From Phycisphaerales bacterium (lineage in GTDB: Bacteria > Planctomycetota > Phycisphaerae > Phycisphaerales > UBA1924), in the NCBI GenBank assembly GCA_965227775.1, contig OZ245777.1:2035992-2099991 (forward strand): a stretch of DNA of 64,000 bases, read 5' to 3'. The notes below the pieces were generated by a model. That model saw nothing but the letters and a program-made list of their open reading frames with translations, ran no database searches and was not told the origin of the DNA. This document shows, piece by piece, positions 26,612 to 35,615 of this stretch (positions within the stretch are counted from its first letter, which is position 1; each line of letters opens with the position of its first letter). Made by a program: the position numbers and the translations under genes.

Positions 26612-28303
26612 GGGTGCCGAGCCACCGCGGCCGAACACCACGTAGCTCGAACCGGCACTCAAGCGACCACGGGGGTCTGCGAGGGTAGCTCCGATGACGA
26701 CATCGTCGATGCCGTCGCCGTTCACGTCGCCCGTGCCGGCTACGGAAAAGCCGCTGCGATCTCCTATCGTCACCCCGTCGAGGCGGAAGCCGTTGGTCCC
26801 GTCCAGGTCGTGCGACGGCAGCGCCGCGGGGAAGCCGCCCGACGACGGGGCGCGGCCAAATACCACGTAGCTCGAGCCCGTATCCCTTTGGCCGCCTGGG
26901 TCTGCTAGATACGCCCCGATGATGAGGTCATTGACGCCGTCGCCGTTGACATCGCCGGCAGAGGCGACCGCATGGCCGCTATTGCTGCTCGAAGCATTGG
27001 GGCCGTCGAAGCGGAAGCCGTTGGCGCCGTCCAGGTCGACCAGTTGCAGTGCCGCAGGGAAGCCGCCCGACGAGCCTTCGCGACCGAACACCACGTAGCT
27101 CGAGCCCGCATTTGACTGGCCGCGGGGGTCTGCATTGGGGGCCCCGATGATGACGTCGTCCACGCCGTCGCCGTTCACGTCGCCGGCCGAGGCGACAGAT
27201 CTGCCGCTCATGTCGGACGCGGCATCGCCGTCGAGGCGGAAGCCGTTGGTGCCGTCCAGGACGGCCAGGTCGAGCACCGCCGGCAAGCCGCCCGACGAGC
27301 CGTCGCGACCGAACACCACGTAGCTCGAACCGGCACTCGAGCGACCGCCGGGGCCTGCGACGGGGGCCCCGATGATGAGGTCGTCCACGCCGTCGCCGTT
27401 CACGTCGCCGGCCGAGGCGACAGATTCGCCGCTGTAGGTGGACGGCTCGGCGCCATCGAGGCGGAAGCCGTTGGTGCCGTCCAGGCCGGCGAGGTCGAGC
27501 ACCGCGGGGAAGCCGCTCGACGAGCCGTCGCGGCCGAACACCACGTAGCTCGCACCGGCACCCGTGCGACCGCCGGGGTCTGCGCGGGGCGCCCCGATGA
27601 TGACGTCGTCCACGCCGTCGCCGTTCACGTCGCCGGCCGAGGCGACAGAGTCGCCGGTGCGGTCATCACTCGCCGCCCCGTCGAGGCGGAATCCGTTGGT
27701 GCCGTCCAGCGCGGCGAGGTCGAGTGCCGCCGGGAAGCCGCCGGACGACATGTCGCGGCCGAACACCACGAAGCTCGAACCGGCACGAGGCCGCCCACTG
27801 GGGCTCCCGCGGTACGCGCCGATGATGACGTCGTCCACGCCGTCGCCATTGACATCGCCCGCACCGGCCACGGACAAGCCGCTACGTTCGCTGAATGTTG
27901 ACCCGTCGAGGCGGAAGCCGTTCGAGCCGTCCAGGCCGGCGAGGTCGAGTGCCGCCGGGAAGCCGCCGGACGACACGTCGCGGCCGAACACGACATAGCT
28001 CACGCCCGAGTCGCGTCGACCGGGGGCGTCCGCGAAGGGAGCCCCAATGACGACGTCGTCGATGCCGTCGCCGTTCACGTCGCCCACGACGGCCACGGAG
28101 GTACCGAACGAGTCAGCTACTGCCTGCCCGTCGAGTCGGAAGCCGGTGGTCCCGTCCAGGCTCGACAGCTCGAACACGGCGGGGAAGGGGTCGGTCAACT
28201 GGGCCAGGGCGACGCTCGGGCACGCCAGGCCAGCGAGCATCGCCAGGCCGACGGCACGCCGCGGGAGCGGCGCGGCCCAAAGGATCGGTGCGGGGTCAAT
28301 CAT
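26444..28303 (-). CDS. Secreted 7x FG-GAP propeller protein with a diverged C-terminal double dockerin-like module
   Basis: Signal peptide with GGAGAGAG RBS. Seven 75-aa repeats (FPAALDLAGLDGSNGFRLDG...AGDVNGDGVDDVIIGAP...SYVVFGRD). The tail is a diverged copy of the module. Confidence 0.9.
   Translation of the reverse strand: MIDPAPILWAAPLPRRAVGLAMLAGLACPSVALAQLTDPFPAVFELSSLDGTTGFRLDGQAVADSFGTSVAVVGDVNGDGIDDVVIGAPFADAPGRRDSGVSYVVFGRDVSSGGFPAALDLAGLDGSNGFRLDGSTFSERSGLSVAGAGDVNGDGVDDVIIGAYRGSPSGRPRAGSSFVVFGRDMSSGGFPAALDLAALDGTNGFRLDGAASDDRTGDSVASAGDVNGDGVDDVIIGAPRADPGGRTGAGASYVVFGRDGSSSGFPAVLDLAGLDGTNGFRLDGAEPSTYSGESVASAGDVNGDGVDDLIIGAPVAGPGGRSSAGSSYVVFGRDGSSGGLPAVLDLAVLDGTNGFRLDGDAASDMSGRSVASAGDVNGDGVDDVIIGAPNADPRGQSNAGSSYVVFGREGSSGGFPAALQLVDLDGANGFRFDGPNASSSNSGHAVASAGDVNGDGVNDLIIGAYLADPGGQRDTGSSYVVFGRAPSSGGFPAALPSHDLDGTNGFRLDGVTIGDRSGFSVAGTGDVNGDGIDDVVIGATLADPRGRLSAGSSYVVFGRGGSAPCDVDLDEDGDVTIFDFQMFFNLFNDRDPIADWDGNGIWNLFDFLAYSTDFSAGCP
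26612..28198 (-). repeat. Seven in-frame tandem repeats of 225 bp (75 aa, FG-GAP blades)
   Basis: The 59-nt core gccccgatgatgacgtcgtccacgccgtcgccgttcacgtcgccggccgaggcgacaga starts at 27141 and 27591 (identical) and at 27366 (1 mismatch). The spacing is exactly 225 bp. Confidence 0.9.
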
Positions 28304-29005
28304 GATCTCTCTCCACGAGGGCGGGCCGGCATGGGCCGCAGCGGGAGGCTACCGCGACACCCCTGGGATATCCATGACCCCTTGTCCAGAATCGCCGCGA
28401 GCGCGTGAAGCTGGGCGAACTGCTGGGGTGCGCTTGCTGAGGTGGGCTTGCTGCGGTGCGACTCTTGGGGCACGGGCGCGCTAGCAGGGCGATCGCGCAC
28501 CGCCATCGCGATCATCGGACCGACCCCGATGCCCCCGCGGGCAACGAACATGCTCCCGCGAGCGACGCCGGCGTGCTTCGTGTGCGATCCCGTGCGCGCA
28601 AGGCCCCTGCTCGTGCGCAGGGCGGGTGTTCTCGTATACACAGCAAGGCCCGCGGTGTACGCCGCGGCGGGCTTCGCGTGCACCGGAACCGTTCTCGTGT
28701 GCACGAGGAAGATTCTCGTTCTCCGTTACGCGGACCTTGCGGCCGTTCTCGGACGCATTGTGCGCACGTCCTGCGCACGTCGGTGAGCATTCCTTCGAAA
28801 TGTCATGCGTTGCGCCGGCGCGGCCGAGCCGCGCGCGAACAACGGCCGGGGACACTCTCCCGATTCTTGCAAATCGGACCAAAGTCGCGTTCCCGGACGC
28901 TCGATGACATGGTCGGTCGGGCGGCGCACGGTGCGCCGCCCGCGACACGGATGGGCCGGCGCGCACGACGCGCACCGGCGGACGAACCGACACAAGGATG
29001 GAATC

Positions 29006-29680
29006 ATGTCGATCACACCGCAGAAGCTGTTGCAACGCCTCGAGTTCTACGAGCAGCGCGCCCCCGGCTGGGTCACCAACGCGTCAACGATCGGCCTGAC
29101 GACCGAGCAGGCCACGCAGCTGCAGAACCTGGTCACCGGCACACGCACCGCGTACGACGACGCGCAGGCGGCACGCAACGCCGCCAAGAGCGCGACCGTC
29201 ACCCAGGACGCCGCCTTCGACGCCATGGACACGTTCGGCGCCCAGATGATCAAGATCATCCGCGCCTTCGGCCTGGCGACCGATGACCCGAGCGTGTTCG
29301 CGACGGCGCAGATCCCCGAGCCCAAGCAGCCCGAGCCGCGGGCGCCCGTCAACCCCAGCAACGTGACGTTCGACCTGGTCGAGAACGGGGCCCTCGAAGT
29401 TCGCTGGGACGGCCTGACCATCCCCGGCACGACCTACCTCGTCGATCGCCAGACGTGGAGCGGCACCGGCCAGCCGACGGGCTTCGCCCGCATCGCCACC
29501 GTGAGCGAGCGGCGCTTCGTCGACACCAACATCCCGACCGGCACCGCGACGGCGACGTACCGCGTGAGCGCGCTCAAGGGCGGCCAGCAGACCGCCGGCG
29601 CGCAGAGCACGGCCCACTTCGTGTTCGTGGGCAACGGGCAGGGCCAGCTCGTGACCGCGCCCGAGAGCGACGCGGCGTGA
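29006..29680 (+). CDS. Hypothetical protein with C-terminal fibronectin-III-like domain
   Basis: ATG at 29006 with AAGGA 7 nt upstream (inside listed ORF 28805..29680). Helical N-terminal half. The C-terminal segment VTFDLVENGALEVRWDGLTIPGTTYLVDRQ...ATYRVSALKG looks like FN3. No signal peptide seen. Confidence 0.6.
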   Translation: MSITPQKLLQRLEFYEQRAPGWVTNASTIGLTTEQATQLQNLVTGTRTAYDDAQAARNAAKSATVTQDAAFDAMDTFGAQMIKIIRAFGLATDDPSVFATAQIPEPKQPEPRAPVNPSNVTFDLVENGALEVRWDGLTIPGTTYLVDRQTWSGTGQPTGFARIATVSERRFVDTNIPTGTATATYRVSALKGGQQTAGAQSTAHFVFVGNGQGQLVTAPESDAA

Positions 29681-29732
29681 GCTGAATCTGGAGTTGGGAG
29701 TGACTCGAGTCGGCCGTTCGCCGACGGTCGAC

Positions 29733-29776
29733 GCCCCGGCGGAGCGCCCCTGAGGACAGGGTCGCTGCGCCGGGGC
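29733..29776 (+). terminator. Candidate terminator hairpin between convergent genes
   Basis: GCCCCGGCG ... CGCCGGGGC (9-bp stem with inner pairing) followed by TTGCTCTAT. Lies between the FN3 gene stop (29680) and the glyA stop (29941). Confidence 0.4.
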
Positions 29777-29940
29777 TTGCTCTATAGAGATGTTCTTTGG
29801 CGCTCGCGGACTCGCTTGCGGGCTTCGCCCGGGCCCTTGCGGGCCGCGCCTCCGCATGCGCTCTTCGCTCGGAGACTCGCTCGGCGGATGCTGCGGCGTT
29901 GGGACGCGGGGCGTCTACGGGCGCGGCTTCTGGGCCCGCC

Positions 29941-31257
29941 TCAGCCGTGTCCGGGCAGCGGGAACCCGCCGCAGAGCTGCCGCACCTCGTCGCGCACCGC
30001 CGACGCCTCGGCGTCGAGCTCGGCCTCGCCCTTCAGCCCCGCGCTCAGCACGCGGTCGATGAAGCCGGCGATCTGTTGCATCTCGGCCTCGCCGAAGCCG
30101 CGGGTCGTCACGGCGGCGGCGCCAAGCCGGATGCCGCTGGTGACCTTCGGCGGGCGGGGGTCCCGCGGCACGCCGTTCTTGTTGCAGATCAGGCCGGCCT
30201 GCTCGAGCCAGACCTCGGCGTTGGCGCCAGTCAACTCGGCGTCCTTCGTGCGCAGATCGACCAGCATGAGGTGGTTGTCGGTGCCGCCGCTGGTGATGCG
30301 GTAGCCGTGCTCGACGAGCGCTGCGGCGAGCGCCTTGGCGTTGGCGACGACCTGCCGCACGTAGGCCCTGAACTCGGGCTTGAGCGCCTCGCCGAACGCG
30401 ACGGCCTTGGCGGCGACGATGTGCATGAGCGGGCCGCCCTGCATGCCGGGGAAGACGGCGCGGTTGAGCTTCTTGATCATGTCCTCGTCGTTGGTCATGA
30501 TCAGCCCGCCGCGCGGGCCGCGCAGCGTCTTGTGCGTGGTGGTCGTGACCAGGTGCGCGTGCGGGAACGGCGAGGGGTGCGCCCCGCCGGCGACGAGCCC
30601 GGCGATGTGCGCGATGTCGGCGAAGAGCAGCGCGCCGACCTCGTCGGCGATGGCGCGGAAGCGTTCGAAGTCGATCACGCGCGGGTAGGCCGAGTAGCCG
30701 CACATCAGGATCTTGGGCTTGTGCTCGCGGCAGACCTCGGCGACCTTGTCGTAGTCGATCTGCTCGAACTGCGGGTGGCTCTCGTCATAGTGCAGCGGGT
30801 AGTGCACGGGGTTGAACCACTTGCCGCTCATGTTGACCTTCAGGCCATGGCTGAGATGCCCGCCGTCGGCGAGCACCAAGGACGCGAAGGTCTCGCCGGG
30901 CTTCAGCAGCGCGAGGAACGCGGCGGCGTTGGCCTGCGCGCCCGAGTGGGGCTGCACGTTGGCGTAGTTGCAGCCGAAGAGTTCCTTGGCGCGGTCGATG
31001 GCCAGCTGCTCGACGGCGTCGTGGTGCACGCAGCCGCCGTAGTAGCGGGCGCTCGGATAGCCCTCGGCGTACTTGTTGGTCATGCACGAGCCCGCGGCCG
31101 CCATGACCGCCGGCGAGGCGTGATTCTCGCTGGCGATCAGCTCGATGGTGGTGGCCTGACGCTCGGCCTCGGCGTCGATGATCGCGGCGACGTCGGGGTC
31201 CTGGCCGCGGATGAGGTCAACACCGGAGTCGTGCACGGAATGCTGGGCTGTGGTCAT
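29941..31257 (-). CDS. glyA: Serine hydroxymethyltransferase
   Basis: 438 aa. Motifs [30 protein letters not shown] and [14 protein letters not shown] (PLP-binding lysine). Confidence 0.95.
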   Translation of the reverse strand: MTTAQHSVHDSGVDLIRGQDPDVAAIIDAEAERQATTIELIASENHASPAVMAAAGSCMTNKYAEGYPSARYYGGCVHHDAVEQLAIDRAKELFGCNYANVQPHSGAQANAAAFLALLKPGETFASLVLADGGHLSHGLKVNMSGKWFNPVHYPLHYDESHPQFEQIDYDKVAEVCREHKPKILMCGYSAYPRVIDFERFRAIADEVGALLFADIAHIAGLVAGGAHPSPFPHAHLVTTTTHKTLRGPRGGLIMTNDEDMIKKLNRAVFPGMQGGPLMHIVAAKAVAFGEALKPEFRAYVRQVVANAKALAAALVEHGYRITSGGTDNHLMLVDLRTKDAELTGANAEVWLEQAGLICNKNGVPRDPRPPKVTSGIRLGAAAVTTRGFGEAEMQQIAGFIDRVLSAGLKGEAELDAEASAVRDEVRQLCGGFPLPGHG

Positions 31258-31294
31258 GCGTCCAGTATAGGTTTGGGGGCTCTACAGTGGCTCC

Positions 31295-32782
31295 ATGGGC
31301 GACCACGCCGGGACCATCCCTGAGCACCACCGTGAGACCCGGCACGAGGTCCGCAACTGGATCGGTGGCGCAGCCCGCGAGGCCTCGGCGGCGATCGACA
31401 ACATCGATCCTGCGACCGGCCAGGCGATCGGCTCCGTGCCCGATTCGTCGCCGGCCGACGTCGACGCTGCCGTGCACGCCGCGACCGGAGCGTTCGACGA
31501 GTGGGCCGGTCTCTCGGGCGAAGACCGCGGTGCCATGCTGCACGCCCTGGCCGACGCAGTCGAATCCGACCTCGACCGATTCGCCCACGCCGAGTGCGTG
31601 GACAGCGGCAAGCCGATCTCGGTCGCGCGTTCGATCGACATCCCGCGCTCCGTGCGCAACCTGCGGTTCTTCGCCGCCGCAGCGAGCCAGCACGCCAGCG
31701 AGAGCCACGACGTGCCTGCGCAGATGCTCGGGTACACGCTCCGCCAGCCCAAGGGCGTGGTGGGGGCCATCAGTCCGTGGAACCTGCCGCTGTACTTGCT
31801 CACCTGGAAGATCGCCCCCGCGCTCGCGGCGGGGTGCACGGTGGTCGCCAAGCCCAGCGAGCTGACGCCGACCACCGCGAGCATGCTGGGCGAGAAGGCC
31901 GCCGGCGTGCTGCCGCCGGGCGTGCTGAACATCGTGCATGGCCGCGGTGAGCCTGCGGGCGCCAGCCTCGTGACGCACCCGGGTGTGGCGGCCGTGACGT
32001 TCACCGGTTCGACCAAGGTTGGCCGCTGGATCGGCGAGACCTGCGGGCGAGACCTGAAGCCGTGCTCGCTCGAACTCGGCGGCAAAAACCCGTTCGTGGT
32101 GTTCGACGATGCGAACATCGCGCAGGTGTCGCAGCACATTGCCCGCGCTGCCTTCAGCAACCAGGGCCAGATCTGCCTGTGCGGATCCCGAGTGCTCGTG
32201 CAAGCGGGCGTGTACGACGCGATCGTCGACCGGTTGGTTACGGATGCTGGGGCGCTCGCGGCGGGAGATCCGCTCGATAATGACACGCGATTTGGTTCGC
32301 TCGTGAGCCACGACCATCGAGACAAGGTCGCCGGCTACGTAGAGCATGCCGTAGCCGATGGAGCCCGCGTGCTCGTCGGCGGTAGGGCGCCCGAGGCGCT
32401 CCCGGACCGTGTGCGAGACGGTGCGTTCTATCTTCCCACCGTCCTCGACGGCGTCCGCCAGGACTGCACGATCATCCAGGAAGAAGTCTTTGGCCCCGTG
32501 TGCACGGTGCAGAAGTTCGAGACCGAGGCCGAGGCAATCGCGCTAGCCAATGGCACGCCGTACGGTCTGGCCGCGAGCGTGTGGACGCAGGACCTGACGC
32601 GGGCCCATCGCGTAAGTGCGGCGCTCGAGAGCGGCATCGTGTGGGTGAATTGCTGGATGCTCCGCGACCTGCGTACCCCGTTCGGCGGCGTGAAGCAGAG
32701 CGGCGTGGGACGCGAGGGCGGATGGGAAGCCATGCGCTTCTTCACCGAGCCCAAGAGCGTGACGATCAACCTCGGGGAGTGA
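31295..32782 (+). CDS. NAD(P)-dependent aldehyde dehydrogenase, resembling 2-hydroxymuconic/2-aminomuconic semialdehyde dehydrogenases
   Basis: 495 aa. ALDH motifs ELGGKNPFVVFDDA and NQGQICLCGSR. The N-terminal NWIGG...IDNIDPATG and SIDIPRSVRNLRFFA resemble the XylG/AmnC-type subfamily; this is my recollection, not a search result. Confidence 0.8.
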   Translation: MGDHAGTIPEHHRETRHEVRNWIGGAAREASAAIDNIDPATGQAIGSVPDSSPADVDAAVHAATGAFDEWAGLSGEDRGAMLHALADAVESDLDRFAHAECVDSGKPISVARSIDIPRSVRNLRFFAAAASQHASESHDVPAQMLGYTLRQPKGVVGAISPWNLPLYLLTWKIAPALAAGCTVVAKPSELTPTTASMLGEKAAGVLPPGVLNIVHGRGEPAGASLVTHPGVAAVTFTGSTKVGRWIGETCGRDLKPCSLELGGKNPFVVFDDANIAQVSQHIARAAFSNQGQICLCGSRVLVQAGVYDAIVDRLVTDAGALAAGDPLDNDTRFGSLVSHDHRDKVAGYVEHAVADGARVLVGGRAPEALPDRVRDGAFYLPTVLDGVRQDCTIIQEEVFGPVCTVQKFETEAEAIALANGTPYGLAASVWTQDLTRAHRVSAALESGIVWVNCWMLRDLRTPFGGVKQSGVGREGGWEAMRFFTEPKSVTINLGE

Positions 32783-32785
32783 CTC

Positions 32786-33229
32786 TTGTCAGATCGAATC
32801 TCAACCGATGCAGCGCCCAAGCCCGTCGGCGCCTACCCGCACGCACGACGCGTCGGCGACCTGCTCTTCTGCTCGGGCGTCGGCCCGCGAAAGCCGGGTG
32901 AGAACACCGTGCCGGGTGTCACCCTCGACGATGCCGGCAATCTGGTTGACTACGACTTCGAGGCGCAATGCCGAGCGTGCTTCGAGAACGTGCGGACCGT
33001 GGTCGAGGCCGGTGGGGCCCGCTTCGAGGACGTCCTCGACGTTCAGGTGTACCTGACGGACATCCCGCGCGACTTTGCGGCCTTCAACGCGCTCTGGAAG
33101 GACTTCTTTGCGGGCGAGGGAAAACCCAACCCGTGCCGCACGACCATCGAGGTCAGCCGGCTGCCCAAGGGCGGAAACGCCCCGATCGCTGTGGAACTGA
33201 AGGTCGTCGCCCAGATTCGCGGCGGCTGA
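32786..33229 (+). CDS. RidA/YjgF/TdcF-family reactive-intermediate (enamine/imine) deaminase
   Basis: TTG start 6 nt after GGGGAG. PVGAYPHARRVGDLLFCSGVGP ... TTIEVSRLP are typical RidA-fold segments. Lies 3 nt downstream of the ALDH stop. Confidence 0.8.
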   Translation: MSDRISTDAAPKPVGAYPHARRVGDLLFCSGVGPRKPGENTVPGVTLDDAGNLVDYDFEAQCRACFENVRTVVEAGGARFEDVLDVQVYLTDIPRDFAAFNALWKDFFAGEGKPNPCRTTIEVSRLPKGGNAPIAVELKVVAQIRGG

Positions 33230-33333
33230 CGGTCGGCGAGGGCCGAAAACCTGAATAGAGCGCGCAAGGAACTGGTTTCAAGGCCGACCCAACGGTCAAT
33301 CGCGTTACAATTGCTCGAGAGGAGATCCGCCGT

Positions 33334-34143
33334 ATGCGTCGCACCCTGACCGCTGCCTGCCTGACTTCCCTTGTGGCTTCCACTGCCGTCGCCCAATCGA
33401 CCGCCACCTATCGCGTGACGTTCGATGCGACATGGTCGGAAGCAACGCACCCAGTCGATTTCCCGCGAGATCCGCACTTCTCGCCGCTCGTGGGCGCGAC
33501 CCATAGCGAGCCGGGCCTCATCTGGGAGGCCGGCCAGCTGGCAAGCCCGGGCATGGAGGTCATGGCTGAGACCGGTAGCACCTCGCTCCTGCTCTTCGAG
33601 ATTTCCCAGATGGCGACGGATGGCATGATCGGGACCGACATCGTCGGCGGGCCCATCCGCCTGAGCCCGGGCAGCGCCTCCGTGACCTTTGAGACCTCCA
33701 GTGAGTACTCGCTGCTCACCCTCGTGACGATGATCGCGCCGAGCCCAGATTGGTACGTCGGCACGCAGGGTCTGGACCTTCGTGACGACGGCCGCTGGCG
33801 CGAGAGCATCGTGTTCGAGCTGTGGCCCTATGACTCGGGCACCGACTCGGGCGTGACCTACACCTCGCCGAACCAGGACACGAACCCGGCAGAGCCGATC
33901 CGTCGCATCGCCGACGAGTTCCCCTTTACGGGCACACCCTCCCTGGGCACGTACACGATCGAACTCTTGAGCGTCGAGTGCGTCGCCGAGCTCGATGGTG
34001 ACGGCGTCCTGACCATCTTCGACTTCCTCGAGTTCTCCAACCTGTTCGATGCAGGCGATCTGCGTGCCGACCTCGACGGAGACGGCTCTCTGACCATCTT
34101 CGACTTCCTCGCGTATCAGGACGCGTTCGCCGACGGCTGCTGA
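33334..34143 (+). CDS. Secreted spondin_N-like domain protein with C-terminal double dockerin-like module
   Basis: Signal peptide with GAGAGGAGA RBS. TYRVTFDATWSEATHPVDFPRDPHFSPLVGATH ... IAPSPDWYVG is recognisable as a spondin N-terminal-type domain. The tail is the shared module, ending in DGC then the stop. Confidence 0.8.
   Translation: MRRTLTAACLTSLVASTAVAQSTATYRVTFDATWSEATHPVDFPRDPHFSPLVGATHSEPGLIWEAGQLASPGMEVMAETGSTSLLLFEISQMATDGMIGTDIVGGPIRLSPGSASVTFETSSEYSLLTLVTMIAPSPDWYVGTQGLDLRDDGRWRESIVFELWPYDSGTDSGVTYTSPNQDTNPAEPIRRIADEFPFTGTPSLGTYTIELLSVECVAELDGDGVLTIFDFLEFSNLFDAGDLRADLDGDGSLTIFDFLAYQDAFADGC
33979..34143 (+). repeat. Dockerin-like C-terminal module, copy G (double)
   Basis: CVAELDGDGVLTIFDFLEFSNLFDAGDLRADLDGDGSLTIFDFLAYQDAFADGC followed by the stop. 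Confidence 0.9.
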
Positions 34144-34185
34144 CGCGCTCGGGCCGGGCCGGGGGAAGCGCGTCTACCCTCGGCC

Positions 34186-35607
34186 ATGCCCGTCCCGACC
34201 TCAAGCTCGACAAGCCAGATCACCCTTTCACTCGACACGACCCGCTGCCTGAGCGCGGCCGTGCACGATCACGGACTCGACCCTGACGTGCTCGCGGCCG
34301 ACGGGCCGGCGTCACACGCCGCGACTGTGCTGACACAACGGCTCGAAGCCTCTCGCGGCACAAGGTGGGAGCGGTGGCGCTTGTTGACCGAGGGGGCCAT
34401 GCGCGACGAGCACGTCGAGGCCGTCAACGCAATCGCCAAGAAATACGAGGGGCAGCTCGACAACGTCGTGGTACTCGGCATCGGCGGCAGTGCCCTGGGC
34501 AACATCGCCCTGCAGAGCGCGCTCAACCCACTCACGCATAACCTCTCGCGCGATCGAACGCACCCGCGGCTGTTCGTGCTCGACAATGCCGACCCGGTGC
34601 TGTTCCACCAGACGATCTCGTTCATCACGAGCGAAGATCCCAAGTTCGAACGCACGCTGTTCGTCGTCATCAGCAAGAGCGGTGAGACCGCCGAGACAGC
34701 GGCCCAGTTCCTCATCGTGCGCGACATGCTGCAGAAGGCGCGCGGCGATGGCCATGCAGACAGGTTGATCGCCGTCACCGATCCCGAAAAAGGCACGATG
34801 CGGCGCCTGTGCGATGCTGCGGGCTACGAGACGCTACCGGTACCCGAAGGCGTTGGGGGCCGTTTCAGCGCGCTCAGCCCGGTTGGTCTGATCTCGTGCG
34901 CCCTTTGCGGCATCGATATCGATGGCTTGCTCGATGGTGCCGCCGCGATGGAGCGGGCGTGCCGACGAGAAGACCTGCATGTGAACCCCGCCGCGATGCT
35001 CGCGACGGTGCTCGTCGAGCTGGGCCAGCGGCAGGGCAAGACGGTGCACGTCATGATGCCCTACGCCAACCAGCTCTACCTGATGGCCGACTGGTGGCGG
35101 CAGCTCTGGGCCGAGAGCCTCGGCAAGGTCGTCAAGGGCGTGCAGGGCATCACGCATGCCGGCTTCACGCCTGTAAAGGCCCTGGGCGCGACCGACCAGC
35201 ACAGCCAGGTGCAGCTCTACCGCGAGGGGCCCAACGACAAGGTCGTCATCTTCCTCGAGGTCGAGAATTTCGCGCACGAGGCGCCCATTCCAGCTGGCTT
35301 GGGCGAAGAAGCGCTGGCGTACCTCGAGGGTTCGAGCCTCGCGAATCTCCTTAGCGCCGAGAAGAAGGCCACCGAGTTCGCGCTCACCGAGAGCCGTCGG
35401 CCGAATCTCACGATCCGATTCCCCGAAGTCACGCCACATGCGATCGGCGAGTTCATGATGCTCTGGCAGATGGCAACAGCGTACGCGGGCCTCATGCTGG
35501 GCGTCGATGCGTACGACCAGCCGGCCGTGGAGCTTGGCAAGAAGGCGACATTTGCGTTGATGGGCAAGCAGGGGTTCGAGGAACTGCGGGGGAGGATGGG
35601 GAGCTAG
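34186..35607 (+). CDS. pgi: Glucose-6-phosphate isomerase
   Basis: 473 aa. SIS-domain motifs VVVLGIGGSALG and FVVISKSGETAET. C-terminal PGI-like region. Confidence 0.85.
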   Translation: MPVPTSSSTSQITLSLDTTRCLSAAVHDHGLDPDVLAADGPASHAATVLTQRLEASRGTRWERWRLLTEGAMRDEHVEAVNAIAKKYEGQLDNVVVLGIGGSALGNIALQSALNPLTHNLSRDRTHPRLFVLDNADPVLFHQTISFITSEDPKFERTLFVVISKSGETAETAAQFLIVRDMLQKARGDGHADRLIAVTDPEKGTMRRLCDAAGYETLPVPEGVGGRFSALSPVGLISCALCGIDIDGLLDGAAAMERACRREDLHVNPAAMLATVLVELGQRQGKTVHVMMPYANQLYLMADWWRQLWAESLGKVVKGVQGITHAGFTPVKALGATDQHSQVQLYREGPNDKVVIFLEVENFAHEAPIPAGLGEEALAYLEGSSLANLLSAEKKATEFALTESRRPNLTIRFPEVTPHAIGEFMMLWQMATAYAGLMLGVDAYDQPAVELGKKATFALMGKQGFEELRGRMGS

Positions 35608-35615
35608 CGTGTGGC

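Noticed and set aside
28442-29286. ORFs of 114, 276 and 184 aa inside the 700-bp intergenic region
   Set aside because: They are extremely Arg/Ala/Pro-rich, overlap each other in several frames and have no RBS. The 276-aa and 291-aa ORFs run into the FN3 gene, whose ATG at 29006 has a good RBS.
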